Source: an uncultured virus (IMG/VR IMGVR_UViG_3300040816_000784)
Lineage: Duplodnaviria > Heunggongvirae > Uroviricota > Caudoviricetes
Virus record (IMG/VR): IMGVR_UViG_3300040816_000784
DNA: 20,000 nt
Strand: one strand, 5' to 3'
Below, piece by piece: positions 8,418 to 16,664 of the stretch; position 1 is the first letter of the stretch; each line of letters begins with the position of its first letter. The notes beneath the pieces were generated by a model. The model was not told the origin of the DNA and did no database searches. It worked only from the letters and a program-made list of their open reading frames with translations. The translations under genes were made by a program, and so were the position numbers.

Positions 8418-9870
8418 CGTTATCTAGTCTTTTTGATATTTTCTTTTCTAAATCAAGAATCTCTTTTGGAGGTTTGATATTAAGTTTAGGCGACTTTTCT
8501 ACTATCTTTTCTATAACGACTTTCTCTGGTTTTTGTTTTTGTAATTGTTTAACAAGGCCTTCGAGCTCATCTATTTTTTTATTATTAGCCGCGGCACTTT
8601 CTGCCATTGCAACTGCGGCATCTTCTACTGCACTCGGAACATCTTCTAAGTCTGGCATATTATCACCATACTGTGCTCTTGCTTGTTCTTCGAAGTCACT
8701 GTCATGCCAATCATCATTTAGATCAATTGAAGTTCCTTCGTCTTTGTCTTCTGGCATATCAGGTCCTGTTTTTTCAAGGTTTATGCCATAACGTAATAAA
8801 GTTTGGTTGGCCGCAATCACTAGCATAACTGCTAATGGGTCAAACACGAATACCAACATAAGTATGAATACTTGTACTGCTTTGTCGAGTAGCTCTGATG
8901 AGTCACCACCAAATAATAATTGTGCAACATATTTTATAGGTCCTACCTCTTTTTCTAAGTTTCTAACTTCTTGTTCTGCTTCAAACTTTTCGTCTTTAAG
9001 TGTTGCTATAACATTGTATATTTCATCAATTTCTGTGTTGTATTCTTCGATTTTTAATAAGTTGTCGTCTTGTGATTGAGTACTTGAATTCCTCAACCTA
9101 TTTATTTCTGCATTTGCATCATCAATAGTTTTTTGTGCTTGAGCCCTATATCTATCAATGTTATCCTGTTGTGATTTTATATCATCTCTAATTTGATCAC
9201 GTTGTGGTTTTTGTTGATCAAACAATGTATTTGCTTGAGCAACATAGTCTATGGTTTCTGTTTCAGCACGTCTAAATGTTCCTCCTTCTTCAGTGGTAAT
9301 AACTTCTACACCTTTTTCTCTAAGGTCATTTACTGCTTTGTCTAGTACTGCTAATTGATTTCTTAAACTAGTAATTTGTCCTTGTGCATAATCTATATCG
9401 CCTTGTACTCTTTCCCATGCACCATCTCTAATAGTTTCTTGTTGTTTAAAACTTTCACTTACGTCAACACTTCCGCCAACACCTAGTATTCTATCTTCTA
9501 ATATATCTATTTTGTTTTCTTGTCTGGCTATTTGGCCATCTATACGATCTACTGTAGCAAAGGCATCTCCTGCCACACCTGCTTGATCCAAATGTGCTTT
9601 ACTTAGATAACCAAATATACCCATACTTGTAATCAGCATGAGTATAAGGACCGCTAAACTTAGATAAGTTTTTAAGGCCAGAGTTGTTTCGTTCCAATAC
9701 CTATAAAGCCAACTTGCTGTAAGTAATTTACCTATTTCAAGTGTTCCAGCCATTATAGCAATTGGTAGAGCCGCCGCACTGAATATTGCCATTAAACCAG
9801 CAATACTAAACCAAGCCGCAACACCGGCTATGGCTAAGGCAGTAATTAAAGTTAAGATACCAAACCACAT
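8398..9870 (-). CDS. Membrane protein with three N-terminal TMs, long coiled coil and a distal TM
   Basis: Start moved to ATG 9870 (MWFGILT..); LE.GKL.TASWLY and ITSMGIFGYLSKAH motifs, EVGPIKY.A, VFDPLAV. Confidence 0.8.
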   Translation of the reverse strand: MWFGILTLITALAIAGVAAWFSIAGLMAIFSAAALPIAIMAGTLEIGKLLTASWLYRYWNETTLALKTYLSLAVLILMLITSMGIFGYLSKAHLDQAGVAGDAFATVDRIDGQIARQENKIDILEDRILGVGGSVDVSESFKQQETIRDGAWERVQGDIDYAQGQITSLRNQLAVLDKAVNDLREKGVEVITTEEGGTFRRAETETIDYVAQANTLFDQQKPQRDQIRDDIKSQQDNIDRYRAQAQKTIDDANAEINRLRNSSTQSQDDNLLKIEEYNTEIDEIYNVIATLKDEKFEAEQEVRNLEKEVGPIKYVAQLLFGGDSSELLDKAVQVFILMLVFVFDPLAVMLVIAANQTLLRYGINLEKTGPDMPEDKDEGTSIDLNDDWHDSDFEEQARAQYGDNMPDLEDVPSAVEDAAVAMAESAAANNKKIDELEGLVKQLQKQKPEKVVIEKIVEKSPKLNIKPPKEILDLEKKISKRLDNDDSKRK

Positions 9871-9878
9871 AGTAAATA

Positions 9879-9898
9879 TATTTATCTTATTATAAATA
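9879..9898. promoter_or_regulatory. Back-to-back T4-late-type promoters
   Basis: GATAAATA (minus, 9879-9886) and TATAAATA (plus, 9891-9898) in a 33-bp divergent gap. Confidence 0.7.
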
Positions 9899-9903
9899 CA
9901 TAT

Positions 9904-10434
9904 ATGATACTTAATTGGATACATAACAGAGAAACCAAAGAATTAAAGTGTGTTATAAACGATAACCTATATTACACAACGTATAATGGTGGTGGCACTA
10001 TAACAAGATATCTTGATAGCAATGAATCTGTTATCACAGATTGGGAAGATGAAAAATATTGGCTTAGTGCAAACTATCCTGAATTAGGAGTTTACGAACC
10101 ATTTGAGTTACCTGATGATCAACAAGAACAATGGATGATTGATAATAAATGGAATGAAGCATTTCCTTCATTTGGTTTATGTCCAGATGGTCATTACTTA
10201 GATAGATTACAACGTTTAGCGGAAGTACAAGAACTCAAAGGATACTACGATTTTATATACGAGCCAGAAAATAAATTAAATATTATAAAGAAAAATGGTG
10301 AGTATTTTAAAAGAGAATGGTGTGAAGAAAATAACAGTTTTTACAATTTACAACCTTGTTGTGTATTCCCAGATAATCCTGGTCTAACTCCCTTAACTAA
10401 AGAACAGGCAGAAAGTTATAAAAGTAGAGGGTAG
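9904..10434 (+). CDS. Hypothetical acidic, aromatic-rich protein
   Basis: 176 aa ORF filling the gap between minus-strand blocks, with a late motif upstream. Confidence 0.7.
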   Translation: MILNWIHNRETKELKCVINDNLYYTTYNGGGTITRYLDSNESVITDWEDEKYWLSANYPELGVYEPFELPDDQQEQWMIDNKWNEAFPSFGLCPDGHYLDRLQRLAEVQELKGYYDFIYEPENKLNIIKKNGEYFKREWCEENNSFYNLQPCCVFPDNPGLTPLTKEQAESYKSRG

Positions 10435-10450
10435 GACATACTACCCCTAC
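10424..10450. terminator. Hairpin between convergent genes (possible terminator)
   Basis: GTAG-A-GGGTAG loop CTACCC-CTAC; weak U tract. Confidence 0.5.
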
Positions 10451-10533
10451 AATCAATCTACACAATGCCTTTTCGGCACTTTGCGAAATGCTGGAACCCT
10501 ACTGTTTTCGGGACACTGATTTCAAGTTTATTA

Positions 10534-11016
10534 TTATACGTTTTCTATAAAACGTAATTTTTGATGATCAGCAAGTTCAACAGTAGCACTATTATGTGCA
10601 TGTTCTCTTACAGTAGTTGCTTGTACCCAGCATCTACCATCTGTGAGTTCAGTAACTATTTCGTTTGCCTTATCAAAAGCCATTTCTGCAAACCTCTCAC
10701 AACCAGTTGCAGAAACAATTCTCAAATCAACTAGATTTTTTTCTTCTAGTTCCTTGAATGTTTCTAATTCTGGATCATCTTCGGCTACCAAGTATGTGTG
10801 GTCAAACATTTCTTTCAACCATTCTTTAAGTGGCTTTAATCCACCAAAGTCTACTATCCAATTACGCTCGTCAAGTTCTGTTCCACCAAAGGTGAATTCA
10901 AACTGTAATGCATAACCGTGAATTAGATTGCAATGACTATCTGCTCTCCATTGTCTAAATGCACAACTGTGTCCTGTTGCATGTGTGTATGTTTTTCCTG
11001 AATAGAATCTTTTCAT
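10534..11016 (-). CDS. queD: 6-carboxytetrahydropterin synthase (QueD/PTPS)
   Basis: HCNLIHGY, VDFGGLK, FDH, GCERFA, VREH..NSA. Confidence 0.9.
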   Translation of the reverse strand: MKRFYSGKTYTHATGHSCAFRQWRADSHCNLIHGYALQFEFTFGGTELDERNWIVDFGGLKPLKEWLKEMFDHTYLVAEDDPELETFKELEEKNLVDLRIVSATGCERFAEMAFDKANEIVTELTDGRCWVQATTVREHAHNSATVELADHQKLRFIENV

Positions 11017-11022
11017 AATTGT

Positions 11023-11050
11023 ATTATACCGATTTTAATATAAAAGTCAA
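11023..11050 (-). promoter_or_regulatory. Sigma70-type promoter, predicted leaderless queD transcript
   Basis: TTGACT-N16-TATAAT-ACAATT-ATG with no SD. Confidence 0.7.
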
Positions 11051-11055
11051 GTTTT

Positions 11056-11343
11056 TTATACGATTAAATTTGTTGTTGATTGAACGTATGCTTTTGAAGT
11101 TTCATCGTTTGTTTTAACAACACTCATACAATGATTTGCTTGTATTGTATGCTTTAAGTCTGGTTCAACTGTAAGCATAAAAGGTAGAAGGCCGTAACCT
11201 TGTTGATTCATAGAAACAATCATAGGCTTAGATACAGTTGTACCTTCGTCATTTGTTTCTTCTAATGTGCCAATTAGTTCTTCACCAGTGATAAGTCTAA
11301 CACTAACAACTTCGCCTTGCTTTAATGGTTTTTGTAATAACAT
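11056..11343 (-). CDS. Small beta-rich protein, possible Sm-like fold
   Basis: VVSVRLITGEELIG...KPM...LLPFM...YVQSTT pattern seen in small proteins of T4-like phages. Confidence 0.6.
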   Translation of the reverse strand: MLLQKPLKQGEVVSVRLITGEELIGTLEETNDEGTTVSKPMIVSMNQQGYGLLPFMLTVEPDLKHTIQANHCMSVVKTNDETSKAYVQSTTNLIV

Positions 11344-11370
11344 AAAATATTTTCCGTTTTGTAATAGGAG

Positions 11371-11378
11371 TATTTACC
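11371..11378 (-). promoter_or_regulatory. Late-promoter-like GGTAAATA
   Basis: Intergenic, 27 nt upstream of the 11343 start. Confidence 0.45.
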
Positions 11379-11413
11379 CTATACAAAAACCATCATAAGA
11401 CTTTTTTGGTATA

Positions 11414-11887
11414 TTATTCTATGCCTGCTTCTTCTAGAGACATTTCAACTAAACCTTCTTCGATAAGTTTTTTTCTGTTTTTCATATGTGCGGCTTTAGT
11501 TTTATCTTTACTACCACCCATATACTTAACAGCATATCCTTCATTGATTAAAATTTTAGTTACTAGTGAACCATTCTTATATCCACCATATCCATCTTCA
11601 ACAATAAAGTCACCAAGGATACGACCGAACTTGCCTTTCATATCTTCGCCGTCTTTGTTTATTTGAGTCTTAAGGACTGGTTGACCTTTTAATAGTTCTT
11701 TTAATTTTGCCTTACTGGCTAAACCAAATTTCTTTTCTACTAAATCTCTTGTTCGACTTTCTGGGGTGTCGATACCCATTATGCGTACTCTTTCGTCTTT
11801 GAGGACAATTCCGAAACCTAAATCTATGTCTACGTCTACTGTGTCTCCGTCAACGATTTTTACGACTTTACATCTATACTCGTACAT
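11414..11887 (-). CDS. Thermonuclease (SNase-like) nuclease
   Basis: VDGDT, RVRIMGIDTPE, GKFGRILG; TAGGAG SD. Confidence 0.9.
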   Translation of the reverse strand: MYEYRCKVVKIVDGDTVDVDIDLGFGIVLKDERVRIMGIDTPESRTRDLVEKKFGLASKAKLKELLKGQPVLKTQINKDGEDMKGKFGRILGDFIVEDGYGGYKNGSLVTKILINEGYAVKYMGGSKDKTKAAHMKNRKKLIEEGLVEMSLEEAGIE

Positions 11888-11925
11888 CGTTACTCCTACA
11901 TGCTATCCTACCAGCATTATAAGAG

Positions 11926-11933
11926 TATTTATC
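11926..11933 (-). promoter_or_regulatory. Late promoter GATAAATA
   Basis: Intergenic, upstream of the nuclease gene. Confidence 0.65.
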
Positions 11934-11938
11934 GAATA

Positions 11939-12493
11939 TTAGTCGTTTCTTACTAGGAACGTATGGTTATAAATTTGTGCAGAAACTGGGTATGCTGTAC
12001 CCCAACTTGGACTACTAATATTATGATTATAATAATGTGTAGCACCACTGGTTGGATCTATAGTAATACCTTTTATAGATAGTAATGCAACTTGTACACT
12101 TTGTTTCCAGGCTTCCATATTTGGACCAATAGGTTTGAACTGCCGTTGTCCATGTAGATACACAATCTGTATATCATCTGCTTTGCCATCACAATACCAA
12201 CTGAATTGGCATCTACCAATCACAGGAACTTGAGTACCATTCCATTTAGTTCTCATTTCTGCTTGATGTACAACATCACAAATGTTGTTAGGATACTTAG
12301 GGTGTTTTACTCTGTTAAGTGTAACATGAGCCACAGCACTTTTACCTGCTAATGTTTCCCCTTTTGCTTCATGGTAGACATTTTGTGCTAGGCATAAGAC
12401 CTGCTCTGCATCAATGTCTACATTGTTTAAGTTATACGGAGCATAATTTATCATCATGCTTAGTAATACGGTTTTAATTGTAGTAATTTCCAT
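11939..12493 (-). CDS. Cell wall hydrolase, SleB/Hydrolase_2 family
   Basis: CLAQNVYHEAKGE, AVAHVTLNRV, YPNNICDVV.Q, CQFSWYCDG, DPTSGATHYY, NHTF. Confidence 0.92.
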   Translation of the reverse strand: MEITTIKTVLLSMMINYAPYNLNNVDIDAEQVLCLAQNVYHEAKGETLAGKSAVAHVTLNRVKHPKYPNNICDVVHQAEMRTKWNGTQVPVIGRCQFSWYCDGKADDIQIVYLHGQRQFKPIGPNMEAWKQSVQVALLSIKGITIDPTSGATHYYNHNISSPSWGTAYPVSAQIYNHTFLVRND

Positions 12494-12515
12494 ATTGCAC
12501 CTTCCTTATGTATAT

Positions 12516-12544
12516 ATTATACTAAAAAATGTGTTCTATGTCAA
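12516..12544 (-). promoter_or_regulatory. Consensus sigma70 promoter
   Basis: TTGACA-N17-TATAAT upstream of the SleB-like gene. Confidence 0.85.
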
Positions 12545-12555
12545 GTGTTTTATAT

Positions 12556-13311
12556 TTAGTAAATTTGGTAACCTTGGGTAGAAAATATATTAAAATTTTC
12601 CTTACACCAATCATTCATTTCGCCTACATTTTTTAATCTTAGCATTTTAAGATGTGCTGTAAGTATATCTTCTCTTCGAATATTTACTTTTTGTATTTTG
12701 TTTGCATAGTCATAATGTTCTAAAATAGTAGGGTGTAATTCTGGTGCACCTCTATGCGTGTAAAGTGGTTGTTTTCTGCTACCCCATTGACCTTTTATGC
12801 TAACAAGACTTTCCATCATAGTAGGGTAATCAAATTTTATAATTTCTGACACATATTGCAAATGATCTAATTGTTGTTGATTTAAATTTTGATATTCAGC
12901 AAACGTTGTATCAAAAATATCATGGATTGCTGTGAACCAATAACACAATTCATTTGCTTCTAGGTATTCCTTTAAGAAGATAATATCATTTAAACTTTGC
13001 ATCAGCATCCAGTCTCGAGGAACACCTGGATTTGAGTATTGAGAACCTTGGCATACCCAAGTAGTTTCTCCGTTATTGGTACCAACTTTATCATGTCTAA
13101 ATAAGGAAGGTAACATGATAATAATTTTGTCTAGTTCAGTAAAATTATATTTGCGATTTGCATTAGCAACTTTATGTAGTATCTGAGTTATTCCGCCGCC
13201 TTTTTGTCCAAAGTTATAACCATCATTTTTATAACAAATCATATCTGCCCAAGTAGGCCAATGCCATTCGGTAAAACTACAACCAAAAGTAAAAATTCTA
13301 CTATTACTCAT
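12556..13311 (-). CDS. SGNH/GDSL-like hydrolase-fold protein
   Basis: Start moved to ATG 13311, overlapping the ferredoxin stop; [22 protein letters not shown]. Confidence 0.65.
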   Translation of the reverse strand: MSNSRIFTFGCSFTEWHWPTWADMICYKNDGYNFGQKGGGITQILHKVANANRKYNFTELDKIIIMLPSLFRHDKVGTNNGETTWVCQGSQYSNPGVPRDWMLMQSLNDIIFLKEYLEANELCYWFTAIHDIFDTTFAEYQNLNQQQLDHLQYVSEIIKFDYPTMMESLVSIKGQWGSRKQPLYTHRGAPELHPTILEHYDYANKIQKVNIRREDILTAHLKMLRLKNVGEMNDWCKENFNIFSTQGYQIY

Positions 13312-13663
13312 CGGTAATATCTTTAAATGGGATTCTTGATACTTTTTCAAATGCTTCGTTGGTATCATAGTTGATATCTTCGTGTCCGGGCATAGGATCT
13401 TTCACTTTGGTAATAACAGGCCATTTTTCTTCTTGACTCATTTTTTTATTAAATTCTAGCCAATGATGATCTTCAGGCTTTAGTTTTCTATCACTCACAA
13501 TAGCATCAACTGGGCACTCTGGTTCACAAATTGCACAATCAATACATATATCAGGATCAATGACTAATGTGTTTTCTCCTTCAAAAAAACAATCAACAGG
13601 GCAAACTTTAACACATGCGGTGTGTTTACAATCTACACATTCACCTTTTACAACATAAGTCAT
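13304..13663 (-). CDS. fdxA: Ferredoxin FdxA (dicluster Fe-S, Azotobacter FdI-type)
   Basis: MTYVV...C.DCKHT.CV.VCPVDCF.EG...[22 protein letters not shown]...WP.IT; AAGGAG SD. Confidence 0.93.
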   Translation of the reverse strand: MTYVVKGECVDCKHTACVKVCPVDCFFEGENTLVIDPDICIDCAICEPECPVDAIVSDRKLKPEDHHWLEFNKKMSQEEKWPVITKVKDPMPGHEDINYDTNEAFEKVSRIPFKDITDE

Positions 13664-13742
13664 TTAATCTCCTTTGCGACCTATTATTTACTCAAAATAA
13701 ACCATTTCACTTCGTTTTTTAAGTAAACGATTAAATATTAGT

Positions 13743-13836
13743 AACTGATTGGCAATGAACCAGTTGACAAAAAATGTTTTTCGCCCCTCATTAAGATGCG
13801 ATATATAGTAAAGGAACTCGGCGTTCCCCAATCAGT
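13743..13836 (-). ncRNA. Candidate structured intergenic RNA element
   Basis: 9-bp closing inverted repeat ACTGATTGG/CCAATCAGT enclosing two hairpins; no family recognised. Confidence 0.4.
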
Positions 13837-13845
13837 ACAACACTA

Positions 13846-14898
13846 TTAAACTCCGGAGTTTACAGTTTGTTGGAATAAATTGTAGAGTTGTTCACTGGCT
13901 AAGTTCTTAGCCTTTGCTTCACATTGAATATCGAATTGATCTATAAAACTAAGTGCCCATAGGTTAGCATCCTTGTTAGGATAATAATCTGAATGTGCTC
14001 TTAGTTTTTGTTTCTTGTGACCTTCTTCAAGTAGTCCCACGATATCATGCAAACCAATGTGGGTATTGTCACCAGCAGGTAAATGCTCGTCACGACTGTA
14101 ACTATAATGCATAGCAGGGCGAACTCCACGCCAACTGTCGATAACTGCTTTAACTCTGTCATCCTCGGGTTGTATGTACTCTTCATCTCTAATCCAGTGA
14201 TGATGTATATCTAATACAAGTGCCACGTGGTCTTTCAATTTAAGACTTTCGTCAAGACCCCAACACATCTCATCATTCTCAATAGTTATTGTATTTAGTG
14301 CTTCAGGTGATAATCGAGGCAAAGCCTTAATTATACCTTCTGCACCTTGTCGTCCACTAATGTGTACGTTTATTTTCATGTCTTGCCACTGCTGACCATA
14401 ACCCATCCAACGTGCCATGTTTACATGATACTCGAACTCGTCAATGCTACGTTCTACAACGTCTGGCTTATCTGAAGCCAGCACACAAAATTGACCAGGA
14501 TGGAAACTAATACGAACATCACGTGACTTCGCAAGTTCTCCAATCTTGGCAAATCCGGCCTCGAGTACTCTAACGTTAGTTGGATCATCCCATAAGTAAC
14601 GCCAATTAGGCTCAGTAGCCATAGGTATTTGATTACTTCCAAGTCTCACCATCCTTCTATTTTCAGGCAAAGTACTTACCCATTCAACAAGGTTGTATGC
14701 ACTTTGCATATTATGTGTAACAACATCAAGTAACTTTTGTTCAGCAACAGACTTTTCTTGTCTGTTACACCAAGCGACAGTTGTGCCTTTTTCTGTAAAG
14801 TTTTGTTGAATCTCTTTAAGAATCTTTGGCTTCTGACTTTGATCAGGGTCCATGTACTTGCAACAAAAACCTATACGTTGTATACTATTATCAAACAT
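13846..14898 (-). CDS. uvsE: UV DNA damage endonuclease UvsE/UvdE
   Basis: RIGFCCK, RISFHPGQF.VLAS, INVHISG, ITIENDE, VLDIHHHW, MHYS, AHSD, EAKAK; start moved to ATG 14898. Confidence 0.95.
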   Translation of the reverse strand: MFDNSIQRIGFCCKYMDPDQSQKPKILKEIQQNFTEKGTTVAWCNRQEKSVAEQKLLDVVTHNMQSAYNLVEWVSTLPENRRMVRLGSNQIPMATEPNWRYLWDDPTNVRVLEAGFAKIGELAKSRDVRISFHPGQFCVLASDKPDVVERSIDEFEYHVNMARWMGYGQQWQDMKINVHISGRQGAEGIIKALPRLSPEALNTITIENDEMCWGLDESLKLKDHVALVLDIHHHWIRDEEYIQPEDDRVKAVIDSWRGVRPAMHYSYSRDEHLPAGDNTHIGLHDIVGLLEEGHKKQKLRAHSDYYPNKDANLWALSFIDQFDIQCEAKAKNLASEQLYNLFQQTVNSGV

Positions 14899-14904
14899 GT
14901 CAGT

Positions 14905-14939
14905 ATTATATACTATTGATACAGCAATGTCAATAAATA
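14905..14939. promoter_or_regulatory. Overlapping divergent promoters: sigma70 (minus) and late-type (plus)
   Basis: Minus TTGACA(14928-33)-N17-TATAAT(14905-10)-6 nt-ATG; plus AATAAATA(14932-39)-5 nt-ATG 14945. Confidence 0.75.
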
Positions 14940-14944
14940 ATTGC

Positions 14945-15643
14945 ATGAATTTAGAAAAAGTTGATGGTATTATTGCTTGTGGGGATAGTTATACATTAGG
15001 TCCTAGATACGGTGATGATATACATCATGAGGATAGTTGGCCTAGCATTTTAGGTAAATCACTATCTAAGCCTGTTTCGAACGTTTCTAGAGGTGGTGCA
15101 AGTAATACTGAGATTTCATTACAACCACTAAAAACTTTATCTAGTTTTAAAAGTCCATTATTGATATTTGGATTTACTGTAGATATACGTTATCCGTTTT
15201 TCACTAGAGATGGCATTTTGCATAGTATGAATGGTTTAAGTGATGCAGACTTTGAACGTGAAGATTCTATAAAAAATAATAGAGTATCACTAGCAAAACA
15301 ATTTATGCAACAATTTCTACTTCCTGTAGGTGAACATACCGGAATGCAAAATTTGTTCGTGCAATCTGTAAAAACAGCAATGGCATATAAAAAACTAAAT
15401 CCTAGTGCTCAAGTGATATGGGGAAATATACATAGTCAAAAACCGACCAAACGTATCAAACCAAATAATAGATTAGTATCTGAGAGCATGTATTGTTTTA
15501 ACAGCATTGCAAATAGTAAACCATTACAATCGTTGATACATCATAATACCGATGCATGGATTTCCCCAAAAGATAGTCATCCTAACAAACTAGGTTGTAC
15601 CATAATTGCAGATAGCCTTAAGAGATACATTTCTCAATTTTAG
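14945..15643 (+). CDS. SGNH/GDSL-like hydrolase-fold protein
   Basis: CGDSYT.G, SWP..LG, N.SRGGASN, DSHPNKLG; start moved to ATG 14945. Confidence 0.75.
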   Translation: MNLEKVDGIIACGDSYTLGPRYGDDIHHEDSWPSILGKSLSKPVSNVSRGGASNTEISLQPLKTLSSFKSPLLIFGFTVDIRYPFFTRDGILHSMNGLSDADFEREDSIKNNRVSLAKQFMQQFLLPVGEHTGMQNLFVQSVKTAMAYKKLNPSAQVIWGNIHSQKPTKRIKPNNRLVSESMYCFNSIANSKPLQSLIHHNTDAWISPKDSHPNKLGCTIIADSLKRYISQF

Positions 15644-15650
15644 ATAAATA
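15643..15650 (+). promoter_or_regulatory. Late promoter GATAAATA
   Basis: Upstream of the 15701 gene. Confidence 0.65.
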
Positions 15651-15700
15651 AACATTGTAGATTAGTCTACATAATCGATTATTAGACGGAGTGACCAAAA

Positions 15701-16288
15701 ATGGCAGATATAAATAATTTTGCGTTAAAAGGACTGGGCAATTTAGTACAGTTTGGCAAACGCGGATTAAAAATCCTCACAAACACGACAGATGACTATT
15801 TTAGTTTTACTGACAACGACGGTTCGACTCTAGTTGAAGTACGTGGTGCTAATGCTACGGTGGCAAGTGCATTTTTGACCAAAGGTCAATTTGATGCGGC
15901 GACGTCTCCCATAGCACAATATGTTAGTACCGAAGTTGCGTACGATACAGGAACAACAACTTTGTTTGAGTGTCCTGCTAACTCTTTAATTTATAGTGTT
16001 ACTGTTGATGTACCTAGCCCTTGGGTTAGTGCTAATGACACAACTGCAATAGTAGTTGGTGATAGTGGTGATGCTGATAGATTATTCACAGCCGATGATG
16101 CTGACATGACTGAGACTTATCAGTTCCACAGCAATTATCAGCATATTTATACTGCTAATTCAAACGTTACAGCAACAATTACACAAGGTGGTGCATCTTC
16201 AGGTGTTGCTACTGTGACTTGTTTAGTCGTAACTGAGAACTTATCTGTTAAAGATTATGGTTCTATTGCAGACTTAGGCGGTTTATAA
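15701..16288 (+). CDS. Putative virion structural protein
   Basis: T/A/S/G/D-rich beta-type composition, late motif upstream, GGAG SD, followed by a terminator. Confidence 0.6.
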   Translation: MADINNFALKGLGNLVQFGKRGLKILTNTTDDYFSFTDNDGSTLVEVRGANATVASAFLTKGQFDAATSPIAQYVSTEVAYDTGTTTLFECPANSLIYSVTVDVPSPWVSANDTTAIVVGDSGDADRLFTADDADMTETYQFHSNYQHIYTANSNVTATITQGGASSGVATVTCLVVTENLSVKDYGSIADLGGL

Positions 16289-16312
16289 AAGTAACTAGAG
16301 TTCAAAGATATT

Positions 16313-16342
16313 AAAAGCCCCCAATTTATGGGGGTTTTTTTT
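16313..16342 (+). terminator. Intrinsic terminator
   Basis: AAAAGCCCCCA-ATTTA-TGGGGGTTTTTTTT. Confidence 0.88.
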
Positions 16343-16346
16343 GGCT

Positions 16347-16383
16347 AAAAAAGGTTGACATAACCTCTATATTTTGTTATACT
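16347..16383 (+). promoter_or_regulatory. Sigma70-type early promoter with extended -10
   Basis: AAAAAAGG-TTGACA-N17-TATACT with TGn before the -10. Confidence 0.85.
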
Positions 16384-16417
16384 ATCTAGTTCATATACAA
16401 AATCATAGGAGGTTTTT

Positions 16418-16645
16418 ATGAATAGTATATTAAAAAGTGCTGGTGATTTTATCGCCGGTCTAACAACCATCTTAGTATCATTACTAGGATTAGGTATTAT
16501 TGCACAATTATTGTTCGGTAGTACTGTGGTTATAGGTGATGTTGTTGCAAACATTACTGCGTTAGTTTCATCTTTAGGTGAAAGTGGCTTAGTAGGTTTA
16601 ATTGTAGCCATCATTGTTATTGGATTAGTGTCTAAAGACAAATAA
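16418..16645 (+). CDS. Small Gly-rich hydrophobic membrane protein
   Basis: 75 aa, 2-3 hydrophobic helices, AGGAGG SD, monocistronic. Confidence 0.8.
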   Translation: MNSILKSAGDFIAGLTTILVSLLGLGIIAQLLFGSTVVIGDVVANITALVSSLGESGLVGLIVAIIVIGLVSKDK

Positions 16646-16664
16646 TTTAATAACCAACTGTACG

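Noticed and set aside
5225..9079. Plus-strand ORFs antisense to the main operon
   Set aside because: Shadow frames of well-supported minus-strand genes
9871..9924. ORF-track N-terminal extension of the 508-aa protein
   Set aside because: Overlaps the divergent gene and promoter motifs; ATG 9870 fits better
13764..13797. TTGACA as a plus-strand promoter, or a hammerhead ribozyme in the structured element
   Set aside because: No -10 at 16-18 bp spacing; the CUGAnGA core is absent
14852..14946. Overlapping long starts of uvsE and the plus-strand SGNH-like ORF
   Set aside because: Both extensions span the divergent promoter region; recognisable motifs start after ATG 14898 and 14945
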